Below are positions 1-10,031 of a stretch of 64,000 bases of DNA, in pieces. A program made the position numbers and the translations under genes. Positions within the stretch are counted from its first letter, which is position 1; each line of letters begins with the position of its first letter. The stretch is from NCBI GenBank assembly GCA_046483985.1, contig JAWOCD010000011.1:1-64000 (forward strand), read 5' to 3'. The notes beneath the pieces were generated by a model that worked only from the letters and a program-made list of their open reading frames with translations, did not search any database and was not told where the DNA came from. This stretch comes from Promethearchaeia archaeon (GTDB lineage Archaea > Asgardarchaeota > Lokiarchaeia > Sigyniarchaeales > SOKP01).

Positions 1-338
1 CTTTAGATAAACATATATGGATATCTCCTTTTGATAATAATCCATGGAGATATATCAATCATTCTTGTGACCCGAATACCGGTTTAAAAGGGAAAACTAC
101 GGTTGTAGCAATGAAAGACATAAAAAAGGATGATCATATAACCATAGATTATTCTATAACAGAAGCTTCTCCGTATTGGAAAATGAAATGCGAATGCGGA
201 CAAAAAAACTGTAGGAAAATAATACGAAGTATAAGGTTTCTTCCTCCAAAATTGTTTAAAAAATACAAAGAATATATTCCAAAATTTTTAAAAGAACAAT
301 ATATGAAGGCAAACAAGTCCTTCAAATTACCTTCTTAG
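1..338 (+). CDS. SET-domain protein-lysine methyltransferase with post-SET motif (5' partial)
   Basis: Reading frame 3 from the window start gives ...PWRYINHSCDPN...ITIDY...CECGQKNCRK, i.e. the SET NHSCxPN and terminal xDY motifs plus post-SET CxCx4C. The ORF track starts it too late (111). Confidence 0.9.
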   Translation, partial: LDKHIWISPFDNNPWRYINHSCDPNTGLKGKTTVVAMKDIKKDDHITIDYSITEASPYWKMKCECGQKNCRKIIRSIRFLPPKLFKKYKEYIPKFLKEQYMKANKSFKLPS

Positions 339-373
339 ATTCAGCAGGATTTTGGATGGGGAAAATGTGAAAT

Positions 374-1369
374 TCACAAGAGTTTTAATTTTTGGAGAAG
401 TGCCGTTATTAAAATAGGAAGTGCTATTGTCGCATCACACCACACGCTTACATATTTCGAAGCTAAACTATACTTTCCCCAAGACTTTGATTCCGAAATG
501 GTACACCCCGAAAGGCCTCCATCAAGTTCGGTGGCTGTATGAATTCTCACTGAATAATCATATCCACGATTTTCAACATTTTTTAAATGCTCTAACAATG
601 GAAATATCTGTTGAGCCCAATTTCGGGGTACTCCACCACCTATAATAAAGGTTCCGCATTCCTCTGAATTGTTAATAATTTGTGCGAATTTTTTGAGATC
701 CTCAAACATATCGAATTTAAAGGAATATCCTTTATATTCTGAATAAATAGCCAAGTTTAATGCAAATTCAGAATCGGTAAAAGCTGGGACAAAAATGGGG
801 GTATTTCTCTCAGCAGCAACGGATAAAATGCATCGTTCCTTAATTTGAGTACCAATAATGGATAAAAACTCCGAGACGCACATTTCAATTTTCTTTTGAT
901 CGAAAGAATCTTGTATAATTTTAAGCAATACATCTTCGGTTAGATCATAATTATCTTCAGGTAAAAAAACATCGTAAATTCGATTAATTCGATAGTTAAA
1001 TAAATCTTCATCATCTACTTCCGCACTTCCTTGATAATGACCACCGTCGGCAACAGCATCGATTAAATCGTGGGAAATATTTGCTCCAGTAGAAATTATT
1101 ACATCGATTAAACCATGTTCCATTAAGACACATATAATTTCCCCCATTCCAGCAGGAACCATTGCTCCCGACAATGTTAATACAGTCAATATTTTTTCAT
1201 CAGAAACCATTTTATACAAAACATCCAAAGCCTTCCCTAAGTTCCCCCCTTGAAATCCGCAATTTTGTAAAGATTTTAATACATCAGCAACGTTTTTTAC
1301 CTTTTCCACATCAAATGGATCTATTTTTTTGCGCAAATATTTATGGTCATTTATCTTTTCTTTATTCAT
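374..1369 (-). CDS. dhs: Deoxyhypusine synthase family protein
   Basis: GFQGGNL, LSGAMVPAGMG, IIGGGVPRN, DGGLSG and ESKSWGK (catalytic Lys) motifs. Confidence 0.92.
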   Translation of the reverse strand: MNKEKINDHKYLRKKIDPFDVEKVKNVADVLKSLQNCGFQGGNLGKALDVLYKMVSDEKILTVLTLSGAMVPAGMGEIICVLMEHGLIDVIISTGANISHDLIDAVADGGHYQGSAEVDDEDLFNYRINRIYDVFLPEDNYDLTEDVLLKIIQDSFDQKKIEMCVSEFLSIIGTQIKERCILSVAAERNTPIFVPAFTDSEFALNLAIYSEYKGYSFKFDMFEDLKKFAQIINNSEECGTFIIGGGVPRNWAQQIFPLLEHLKNVENRGYDYSVRIHTATELDGGLSGCTISESKSWGKYSLASKYVSVWCDATIALPILITALLQKLKLL

Positions 1370-1543
1370 TTTTTTAAGGATTAAAATTAATTTTTTTTTA
1401 TTTAATAAAGATATAGTCTCGGTCCATATTATGTGTAATCATTATAGGTCTCCTTTTAATTAATCCAATAACTCTTGAAAACAAATAGTCAAGTGTTTAA
1501 ACATCCAAATAATATTAAATTATCTTTTATTTTTATTGTTAAT

Positions 1544-2092
1544 ATGTCATTAGTCCCCAAAAAAGTTTTTTTTGTAAAAGGGAAGGGATTTCATAAGTCA
1601 AAATTAGGATCTTTTGAAGATGCTTTAAGGGATGCTGGTATTGAGCGGTTTAACTTAGTAAAAGTCTCTTCTATACTTCCCCCGCATTGTATTGAAATAG
1701 ATAAGGAGGGGGGTTTACAAGAATTAAAGACTGGACAAATTGTCTATACTGTCTTAAGTAAGGCTAGTTCTAATGAGTTTAGTCGATTAGTGACCGCTTC
1801 GATAGGAGTTGCAAAACCCTCAGATAAAGAAAATCATGGATATCTAAGCGAGCATCATTCTTTTGGGAGGAAACCAAAAGATGTGGGAGAATTTGCTGAA
1901 GATTTAGCTGCCGAAATGTTGGCAACTACTTTAGGGGTACCATTTGACCCAGAAGCAAATTATGACTATAATAAAGAAATCTTTAAAATGAATGGAAAGA
2001 TTGTGGAGACTAAAAGCATCACAGAATCTGCAACAGTACGCAAGGATAAGGAATGGTTAACAATTCTCGCTGCGGCCATATTTGTTCTCTAA
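1544..2092 (+). CDS. pdaD: Pyruvoyl-dependent arginine decarboxylase
   Basis: SFEDALRDAGI, NLVKVSSILPP (Ser-Ser self-cleavage site), GYLSEH. Likely start is ATG 1544 (MSLVPKK). Confidence 0.9.
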   Translation: MSLVPKKVFFVKGKGFHKSKLGSFEDALRDAGIERFNLVKVSSILPPHCIEIDKEGGLQELKTGQIVYTVLSKASSNEFSRLVTASIGVAKPSDKENHGYLSEHHSFGRKPKDVGEFAEDLAAEMLATTLGVPFDPEANYDYNKEIFKMNGKIVETKSITESATVRKDKEWLTILAAAIFVL

Positions 2093-2135
2093 CTTTAACC
2101 TCAAATATAAATTTACCACTCTTCAATTAGTTAAA

Positions 2136-2726
2136 TTATTCATTATATTCTGTAATAAGCGGCTTATCTTGAAAATAGTTTTCGATAAATGTTTGAAAAT
2201 TGTGCACTATCATATTTGGGTCTTCTATTTTTTCAATCTCCCATGGAATTTTTCGATAATCAGACATCATATTGTAATATTCTTCGCCCCTCAACCGAAA
2301 CACCGAAAATCCATACTCTTCGGGTTCAAGATATTGTGGAGGGCTGAAAATTAATCCGATGAATTTGGAATTAAAGTTTTGAAATTGGATATGGTTTTTA
2401 ATATCTCTGGCACTAAAGCGTATCTTGTCATTCGTAGAGCGATACCAGCCGATGACCTCATTTATGGAATTGATCTCTAACTGCTGCTTGTTGATTTGTC
2501 CTATTTTAGCCATAAATTCGTCATCCATCTCAATGTTCCGGTTTTGGGTGTGCGTAAAGGGTATGGCATCTTCCACATGGCGTGTATCCTCTTCTAAGTA
2601 CCCCAATAAGAGTCCGATGACCATCTCATTGTCCGAAGAGTTGTTAGAGACCCAAAATCGAAATGTATGCAAGGCAATTTTCATGAAAGCTGACGGCTTT
2701 ATTTTGATCAGTCCTTCTTCAGGCAT
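2136..2726 (-). CDS. MPN/JAB-domain protein, catalytically inactive (MPN-)
   Basis: IKIKPSAFMKIALH, VIGLLLG, VIGWYRST, FSARD match the MPN fold, but the HxH zinc ligands are absent. Confidence 0.8.
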   Translation of the reverse strand: MPEEGLIKIKPSAFMKIALHTFRFWVSNNSSDNEMVIGLLLGYLEEDTRHVEDAIPFTHTQNRNIEMDDEFMAKIGQINKQQLEINSINEVIGWYRSTNDKIRFSARDIKNHIQFQNFNSKFIGLIFSPPQYLEPEEYGFSVFRLRGEEYYNMMSDYRKIPWEIEKIEDPNMIVHNFQTFIENYFQDKPLITEYNE

Positions 2727-3353
2727 TTACTCATCCTCCTGATCTTCTTCTATCCCTTCTATTAGGGGTTCATCATGATCTCTTTTATCTTCCATTTCAA
2801 TGCCGAGATTAATAATATCTTCAATATATATGTTTTTTGAAAATGTAAAGGGGAGTTCCGTTAATTCTGTAGTGACATTTACGGATTTATAATCTTCTTG
2901 AAATTCATGGATCTTTATGCCATAGTCGATGGTGAGATCACCAAAATTAAAAATCCAGAAAAAGGAATTTTTATGTATTGCTTGAAAGAAGATATGATTC
3001 TTCTTATCAATAAGGGTGGTTTCTCTGGTATCATCAATCGAATTACGTGCCCATCCCACTATATAGGAGGGAAATTCCTCATCATCGTATTTCAGATTCA
3101 ATTTTTTAATTTTTTTAATTAGTCGGTGTTTCTCTTTAAAGATAATATGTTGCTTCTTAAATTGCTTATAGGGGATAAAATCTTCAATTACCGTTATTCC
3201 ATCTATGTCCGTGTAGCCTAACAGTAGACCATAGGCCATCTTAAATTGATTTTCATCGATAAATTTGGATGAAAAGCGCTGAAAATACATAAGACTCTTA
3301 ATATAGGCAAGTGGAGACAGAGAAAGGGTCGATTGAGGGGTTTCTTCCATCAT
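2727..3353 (-). CDS. MPN/JAB-domain protein, catalytically inactive (MPN-)
   Basis: LSLSPLAYIKSL, AYGLLLG, IVGWARNS, TLIDKKNH. Paralogous to the adjacent gene; no HxH. Confidence 0.72.
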   Translation of the reverse strand: MMEETPQSTLSLSPLAYIKSLMYFQRFSSKFIDENQFKMAYGLLLGYTDIDGITVIEDFIPYKQFKKQHIIFKEKHRLIKKIKKLNLKYDDEEFPSYIVGWARNSIDDTRETTLIDKKNHIFFQAIHKNSFFWIFNFGDLTIDYGIKIHEFQEDYKSVNVTTELTELPFTFSKNIYIEDIINLGIEMEDKRDHDEPLIEGIEEDQEDE

Positions 3354-3422
3354 ATTTTACAATTTTCCCAAAATTACCTTTAACATCTATGTAATAAAAA
3401 AATGAATTAAAATAAGAATAAA

Positions 3423-4223
3423 TTATTTCTCTTCTCCAGCATGGGGCAGTTTCTCACCGCAATATGGACAGTAATTCCAGCCTAAGTCTTTTCCACAATA
3501 GGGACAAAAGACAGATGTTCCCGCAGGTGTTAAAGCAGCTTTTTCCCCTTCTTCTGCTTTAGCTTCGGGTTTTTTCTCCTCTTCTGTCTTAGGTTTGGAT
3601 TCTTTCGGTTGTTTTTTCGGTCCAGGTTTTTCCGTTTCTTTACCCGAGGGTATAGATGGTAATTCTCTTGAAGTCTTCGCGGTAGGGGTTTTTTCGGCTT
3701 CTTCAGCCTTTGGGGGTTTTTCGGTCTTTTCCCCTCCTTCTTCCGCTTCCCCCGCTTTTGCTTTTTTAGCTTTCATCCTTTCACGGAATGCTTGTCTCTT
3801 CTCTTCTTCACTTTTTACCGATTCGGGCGCCTCTTTGTCCTTAACCCATCCTTGTGCTTTAGGTCTTTTCAATTCTTTTTCTGGAACTTTTTCGAGTTCA
3901 ACGTCCTTTGTTTCAGAAAGTGGCGCTTTTACTTTACGCTCCTCTTTATTCCTTTTTGCTTGCTTTACTAAAGCAGAAGTTGTTTTCATTATCTGATGCG
4001 GATTAATGTTGGGAATTGCAACGGTTTTAATTACCCAGCCAACAATCCTATTTTGATTTGGGAATTCTCCTTCTACGTCTTTATAGACATAACTATCAAT
4101 CACATTTTTTCCTTTTAAAATTCGAGATGCCCATTGATCATTAATAAGCCCTACTTGAAGTCTGTATGACGTCCCAGCAATGCCAAGTTGACTTGTTAAT
4201 GGTTCAAATCCTTTTTCAGTCAC
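3423..4223 (-). CDS. Hypothetical protein: globular N-terminus, charged low-complexity linker, C-terminal double zinc ribbon
   Basis: C-terminal CPYCG..YCPYCG; K/E/P-rich middle; co-oriented with the two MPN- genes. Confidence 0.75.
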   Translation of the reverse strand: MTEKGFEPLTSQLGIAGTSYRLQVGLINDQWASRILKGKNVIDSYVYKDVEGEFPNQNRIVGWVIKTVAIPNINPHQIMKTTSALVKQAKRNKEERKVKAPLSETKDVELEKVPEKELKRPKAQGWVKDKEAPESVKSEEEKRQAFRERMKAKKAKAGEAEEGGEKTEKPPKAEEAEKTPTAKTSRELPSIPSGKETEKPGPKKQPKESKPKTEEEKKPEAKAEEGEKAALTPAGTSVFCPYCGKDLGWNYCPYCGEKLPHAGEEK

Positions 4224-4447
4224 ATTTTTTCACTTATACATTATTTTCTTAAATTTAATGGAAAGCTTTAAAATCCTTAATATTAATTAGATTTTCCACT
4301 TAATTAAGTTTTTCTTAAGCATAATATGGCAATTGAAGATCGTTAAATTAAAATTAAATTAAAATTAAAAACTATTATTTTAATTATTTATTAAACAGAA
4401 TTAAATAGAATTAAAGTTTTTAGGAATACATAATAAGATGACCTTTT

Positions 4448-5398
4448 ATGACTGTTATTATACCAAATAAAGTATATAAGACTATTATCGCTGCGGCAAC
4501 TCGATTTGCTAATCAGAGATTTCCCAAAGCCGATTGGCTGGAGGTAAGCGGAATCTTTATCGGAAAAAACGAAGATGAAAATGTAAAGATTTCTGCTGCC
4601 CATCCAATTATGCATCAAGAGTATGAAGAAGAGGCTGTTATTGATAAATACATGTGGGATGATCAAGATATGATTATCACCTCGGAGCTTGAAGCAAAAG
4701 CCTACGAAAATGGGGAATTTATCGTTGGATGGTGGCACAGTCATCCGGGATTTAAGGTCATGATGAGTCACATAGACATTCGCACCACCTTATCGTATCA
4801 ACAAAATAATCCACAGGCAATTTCGCTTGTATTTAATCCGGAACGCTTGATAAGACAAGTGGAACTTCCCTCCCGAAAAGGTGACCCCGAAAAGCAACTA
4901 AAGAATGACCCTGGATTTAAAATATTTCGCTTGGATGATGTAGAAAGAGGGATCGAGGCATCCTATCATACAGTGGAGTATGAAATCTTGGGATATGACA
5001 CTCTAGAGCAAGCGGTTACCCAAGCTCAGAAATTCGTGGTAGAGGTAACGAACTTTTTTCCCCAGAATGACATATTTACCACTTATAAAAATTTCGTTGA
5101 TAAACGGGTTAAGGAATTAAATTCAAAATTGGTGGGCACAAAAGAATATCTCAAAACCTTAAAGAGAAAGGGCGAGGCGGATAGAATGTCCGAGGTACTG
5201 CAGACTCAAAAAAAAGAGATTCAGAAATATGTAGCCGAGACCTATATTAAAATCGAGAACATAAAGGAATTTATGAATTATTTGGAATATAAGGAAAAAC
5301 AGACTGTTATCCCAAAGGTAAAGGAAATTTTATCCAAATGGGATGAATCCATTACTGATTTAAATAATCGGCTGCAAAAATTGGAAAAAATTAAATGA
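4448..5398 (+). CDS. JAMM/MPN+ metalloprotease (Rpn11/CSN5-like) with C-terminal helical extension
   Basis: LEVSGIFIG (catalytic Glu) and IVGWWHSHPGFKVMMSHID (HxHx7Sx2D); ~120 aa amphipathic helical tail. Confidence 0.9.
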   Translation: MTVIIPNKVYKTIIAAATRFANQRFPKADWLEVSGIFIGKNEDENVKISAAHPIMHQEYEEEAVIDKYMWDDQDMIITSELEAKAYENGEFIVGWWHSHPGFKVMMSHIDIRTTLSYQQNNPQAISLVFNPERLIRQVELPSRKGDPEKQLKNDPGFKIFRLDDVERGIEASYHTVEYEILGYDTLEQAVTQAQKFVVEVTNFFPQNDIFTTYKNFVDKRVKELNSKLVGTKEYLKTLKRKGEADRMSEVLQTQKKEIQKYVAETYIKIENIKEFMNYLEYKEKQTVIPKVKEILSKWDESITDLNNRLQKLEKIK

Positions 5399-5550
5399 TT
5401 TTGTTTTGTTTTTGATAACACTGGTTCTGCTTTCATAAATTTAAACATAATTATAACAAGATTATAAATCGAGTTAGGTTTTTATTGTATAAATTGTTAT
5501 TTGAACAAAAATAATGTGAAAAAGGAGCAAAGTTTAGAAACTTAAGGAAA

Positions 5551-7758
5551 ATGAAAAAAATTAACTTTCCGTTCACGGCAATTATGGGACAGCCCAAGAT
5601 GAAATTAGCTTTAATTTTAAATGTGATAGACCCTCAAATTGGAGGGGTATTACTGACCGGGCATCAAGGCACCGGTAAATCAACGGCGGTGCGTTCCTTA
5701 GTGGATGTCATGCCCGAAATTGAAGTGGTAAAAGGATGTGAATTTTCATGCGACCCGAATTCTGATATGGAAGATCTGTGTCAGAGTTGTCAGAAAAAGA
5801 GGGAAAAAGGGCAGATGGAAACCTTTACTCGGAAAATGAGAATAATCAACTTGCCCTTGGGAGTCACTGAAGATATGGTATGTGGAAGTCTGTCAATCGA
5901 TAAAGTTCTTTCTGAAGGAATCAGAGATTTACATCCCGGACTGTTGGCAAAAGCAAATCGAGGAATTTTATATGTAGATGAGATTAACTTGTTACAAGAC
6001 CATATCGTCGATGTTTTATTAGATGCTGCTGCATCGGGTGTAAATATTATCGAAAGAGAAGGGATCTCTGTAATGCATCCGTCCAAATTTATTCTGGTTG
6101 GCTCTATGAACCCCGAAGAGGGTGAACTACGACCACAAATTGCCGATAGATTGGGGTTAGAGGTGAAGATCAAGGCGCCCACCAATCCAAAAACACGCGC
6201 AGAAATCACCAGACGCGTAATAGAATTTGATGATAATCCCAAGGAATTTATCAAACAGTATGAGGAAAAGCAAAAGGAGTTACAGGGGAAAATTTTAAAC
6301 GCTCGAAACAATGTAAAGGATGTCAAAATTCCGGCACATATTTATCAATTAGTTTCAAAAATTGTAAATGATTTAGAGATTTTCTCTCAACGAGCGGATA
6401 TCACTTATGTTCGTTGTGCGCGAGCAAATGCAGCATTTAATGACAGAAAAGTGGTAAATAAAGATGATCTTAATATCGCAATGGGTTTAGTCTTTGAACA
6501 CCGGATTCAATCACTTCACTATGAAATGACGCCGAAGGAAATCGAAGCAAAAATTAAGGATGTGTTCGGGAAAATCAAAGAAGCATATGAAGATACAGAT
6601 ATCTATAAACCGAATAAGGAAAATGAAGGCCCCTTAAAACACTCTGATGAACCCCAATCAGAATTTAAAAGGCAGCCCATTGATCCCGAAAAGGTTGAAA
6701 TCCCAGAATCTAAAGAGCAAAAATTACCGCCACCTTTAGAAAAGGACGAAAAAAAACGTAAGGCCACCCCCGCTGGAGGATGGAAAGTAAAAGACATTCC
6801 TATAGACGATGATTTGGAGTTAGAAAATTATGAATATGATGAAAGTGAAATGATGCCGTTCATCTATGAAATGGAAAAAAAGATGACAAAAATCCTAGAT
6901 AATATCAGATCTCAAAGGAAAATTTCGAATTACGGTGGGCGAGGAATTGGTAGAAGGATTAAATTAGCGTCCACTCAGAAGGGAAGATATATCTCTTATC
7001 GAAAACCAATGCGAAATCCGAAGAGCATTGCATTGGACGCAACTTTGAGAACATATCTCAAAAACTTGACCTATAACAAGACGGATTTAGAGTTTCCGAT
7101 TCGATTTAACAAGTATGATATCCAAGAAAAGATCTATCAATACCGCGCTCCGCTTTCCCTTTTTTTTGTCTTGGATAGTTCCGCATCGATGTACTATGTA
7201 ATAAAACAGATGACCGATGTAATTTTGGCACTGCAAAAGGAAGGATATCGAAAACGGGATAAAATTTCGCTTATTGTATTCCGAGGGAAAAAAGCAGTTG
7301 TACTTCAGAAGCCCACCGTTTATTATAAACAAGCGATCTCTAAATTACAAGATCTAGAGGGAAAGTCATATACGCCTATGGCAGCAGCACTGAATAAATG
7401 TCATCGGCTGATTAAAACGGAACGGTTAAAAGATCGTAATATTGTCCCCGTTATTTTTATTCTTTCTGATTGCGGGGCGAATATTTCAGTGAAACATCCT
7501 GATCTGATCGCTCAGATAGAATCAGATTATACTTTAATAGTGAATGAACTGGAAGAAATTACAAAAAAACTAATGAAACAAGATATAAATCTGATAGTAC
7601 TGGAGCCGAAAAAATCTTTTGCAACTCAAGCCTTGGGAGTACATCCATACTCGGCTAATAAGATCAAAGAAAACTTCCAAAAGCACGGAGGAAAAGTATA
7701 CAAGTTTGATAAATATAGTACCTCCGATTTGCTTTTGAAGTTAAGAAAGATCTTATAA
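5551..7758 (+). CDS. ChlI/ChlD-like (Mg-chelatase family) AAA+ ATPase fused to a vWA domain
   Basis: [18 protein letters not shown] (Walker A), LYVDEINLL (Walker B), [13 protein letters not shown]; C-terminal FVLDSSASM (MIDAS) and TPMAAAL. Confidence 0.9.
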   Translation: MKKINFPFTAIMGQPKMKLALILNVIDPQIGGVLLTGHQGTGKSTAVRSLVDVMPEIEVVKGCEFSCDPNSDMEDLCQSCQKKREKGQMETFTRKMRIINLPLGVTEDMVCGSLSIDKVLSEGIRDLHPGLLAKANRGILYVDEINLLQDHIVDVLLDAAASGVNIIEREGISVMHPSKFILVGSMNPEEGELRPQIADRLGLEVKIKAPTNPKTRAEITRRVIEFDDNPKEFIKQYEEKQKELQGKILNARNNVKDVKIPAHIYQLVSKIVNDLEIFSQRADITYVRCARANAAFNDRKVVNKDDLNIAMGLVFEHRIQSLHYEMTPKEIEAKIKDVFGKIKEAYEDTDIYKPNKENEGPLKHSDEPQSEFKRQPIDPEKVEIPESKEQKLPPPLEKDEKKRKATPAGGWKVKDIPIDDDLELENYEYDESEMMPFIYEMEKKMTKILDNIRSQRKISNYGGRGIGRRIKLASTQKGRYISYRKPMRNPKSIALDATLRTYLKNLTYNKTDLEFPIRFNKYDIQEKIYQYRAPLSLFFVLDSSASMYYVIKQMTDVILALQKEGYRKRDKISLIVFRGKKAVVLQKPTVYYKQAISKLQDLEGKSYTPMAAALNKCHRLIKTERLKDRNIVPVIFILSDCGANISVKHPDLIAQIESDYTLIVNELEEITKKLMKQDINLIVLEPKKSFATQALGVHPYSANKIKENFQKHGGKVYKFDKYSTSDLLLKLRKIL

Positions 7759-7824
7759 TGAAAGAGTTTTTATTCCCCGATTATTTCTTAATCTCTAAAT
7801 AGTTGTCCTTCTTTTTGTATATAT

Positions 7825-9081
7825 ATGCATTCTGTATTAGTTGTAGGATTTAATGTTCGTCCTTTGGCATATTCTTTACATACAGCAGGGTATAAAGTAT
7901 ATGCAGTGGATTTTTTTGGAGATCTGGACCTATTTCCCTATGTGGAAGAAGCAAAAATTATTTTGGATGAATTAGGGACACAATATAAACTAATGAAAGA
8001 CATTTATCCAGAATATCTTGCACATTTTGCAATTGATATGCTTAACAAATATGATAATATTGACTATCTGCTTATAGGGAGCGGACTTGATGATGCCTTT
8101 GAAGAGCGTCAAATGATCCAAGACTATATAACTGAAAGTGGTTATAACCTACGGTCTTTAAATAATGAAATAAATCTTTTAAAGAAAGCAAGGGATATCT
8201 TCTATGTTTATAACATTTTATCGGAAAAAGGCTTTAAATTTCCTAAAACTTTTATCTTTGATGAAAATTTGGTCCATTCCTCAATCGATTTTCCTTTTAT
8301 TCTTAAACGGGCTGAAAGCTCGGGCGGAATAAGTATATTGAAATGTGAAAACAAGGATGACCTAGATACCTTTCTTAAAATGCAGCATGCAAAAAACATA
8401 AGTCCTAACGATTATTTAATTCAAGAATATATTGAAGGGATTGATGTAAGTTGTACCACAATTTCGGATGGCAAACAAAATCATGTTATTTCCATTAATA
8501 AACAAATTTTGGGAGAGAAGTTTCTTAACGCCCCTAAAGATTTTATCTATTGCGGAAATGTCGTCCCAGCCAATATATTACAAAAAGATCGTGATAAAAT
8601 AAGGCGGATTTCTCAATTTTTAACTTCCGAGTTAGGTTTAAAGGGGATCATCGGATTTGATTATGTTTTACATAAACACGAGGCTTTTCTGATGGAGATC
8701 AATCCCCGCATCCCTGGTTCCATATGGGCCTCCGAAAAGGCTCTAGATCTCAATTTATTAGATCTCCATGTCAAATGTTATGCAAAAAAAAGTCATTGGC
8801 CTTTCATCCGTAAAAAATTAAAGAAAAAATCTACTAATTGTTTTGCTACTAAACTAATCTTCTTTGCCCCCCAAACTATTAAACCAAAAATCATAAGAAG
8901 TGTTAATGACCTCCCATATGTGCACGATAAAACGCCTCCTAAAAATAAAATTCTGAAAGGAGACCCTATATGCACCATCATGCATACGGGCAATAAATTT
9001 GCGGAGTCTTATTTTGCTGCTTTAAAAAAAGCCGAGAACATAAACAGGATTATAAAAGAAAAGTATAACCTTAGCGATTGA
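7825..9081 (+). CDS. ATP-grasp domain ligase (COG2232-like)
   Basis: RPLAYS..AVDFFGDLD N-terminus; FPFILK..SSGG, IQEYIEG, GFDY..LMEINPR. Confidence 0.85.
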   Translation: MHSVLVVGFNVRPLAYSLHTAGYKVYAVDFFGDLDLFPYVEEAKIILDELGTQYKLMKDIYPEYLAHFAIDMLNKYDNIDYLLIGSGLDDAFEERQMIQDYITESGYNLRSLNNEINLLKKARDIFYVYNILSEKGFKFPKTFIFDENLVHSSIDFPFILKRAESSGGISILKCENKDDLDTFLKMQHAKNISPNDYLIQEYIEGIDVSCTTISDGKQNHVISINKQILGEKFLNAPKDFIYCGNVVPANILQKDRDKIRRISQFLTSELGLKGIIGFDYVLHKHEAFLMEINPRIPGSIWASEKALDLNLLDLHVKCYAKKSHWPFIRKKLKKKSTNCFATKLIFFAPQTIKPKIIRSVNDLPYVHDKTPPKNKILKGDPICTIMHTGNKFAESYFAALKKAENINRIIKEKYNLSD

Positions 9082-9808
9082 TAATCGATTTAATCTTCAC
9101 AAGATAAGAACCTAATTTCGACTCATCTGCCTCTGGAACCGCTACACATAAGATCCTGTTTTCATCAAGCTCATGAATGATTATCGAGCCTATTTCTCCG
9201 GCAATAATTGAATATTCAAAATCTTTAATTAATACATTTGATAAATCAAAGACTGCAGATATCATCGCCGAAATTGTCGGTTCTGGCATGGTGGCTTGTA
9301 TCTTTATGGGCAAGCCCTCTTTGGTAATGATGGCTATAAGAAGTGCATTGGGGATGGAACGCTTTATGCCGACAAAGAGTTCTTCTTTTGCAAGTTCGGA
9401 GGTTTCAATAATGGCGGAAATATGAAGCGCCAAGTCTCTAAGTTTTTTAATTGATTCATTCAATCCCTCCAGATCCGCTAATTCACGATCGAGGTAGGCA
9501 ACCATGGTGATATCCTCAGTCAAAATGGATATCAGAATGTATTTTTTCCCAGTCACTAAATTATAGGACACCTCTTGATTTAATGTCCCTTTAAGCATTT
9601 TCGATGCAAGGAAAATTAAACTACTGGTTGCCGATGCTATTTTAACTTCTGAAAGGAATTCATCCTTTTTCTTAAAGGCACTCGTCACCGGCGTGCCCGT
9701 CAAGCTTCCAACATTAATTCCAATAAGCGAAGGATTCTTTTCCAGTTGATCTTCTATCAATTGCGTTATATCTGACTCTAAATCTTCCATATTCTTTTGT
9801 TTTGACAT
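9071..9808 (-). CDS. Tandem Roadblock/LC7-domain protein
   Basis: Two ~110-aa repeats with the Roadblock pattern (GSLTGTPV..KIASATSSL; IITKEGLPI..TISAMISAV). Confidence 0.75.
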   Translation of the reverse strand: MSKQKNMEDLESDITQLIEDQLEKNPSLIGINVGSLTGTPVTSAFKKKDEFLSEVKIASATSSLIFLASKMLKGTLNQEVSYNLVTGKKYILISILTEDITMVAYLDRELADLEGLNESIKKLRDLALHISAIIETSELAKEELFVGIKRSIPNALLIAIITKEGLPIKIQATMPEPTISAMISAVFDLSNVLIKDFEYSIIAGEIGSIIIHELDENRILCVAVPEADESKLGSYLVKIKSIINR

Positions 9809-10031
9809 AGAGAATTACTCTCCAAAATTTTTTTCTTTGTATAAATACCTTTACAGCTATATGAATTACAAATTAATTAAATTTTAGTCCGTTAATATAA
9901 AAAAGTAGAGCATTCCACAATTTATAATTTTATTAATTATGAGACATAATATAATTCTAAGCATAAGCAAAATAAGAAAATCAAATTTGCTTTAAAATAA
10001 ATTTAAGGAAGTATTATTAGTTGAGATTTTT

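Noticed and set aside
5551-7758. Magnesium chelatase implying chlorophyll synthesis
   Set aside because: No ChlH or tetrapyrrole genes are nearby, and ChlI/D-like AAA-vWA proteins are widespread in non-phototrophic archaea.
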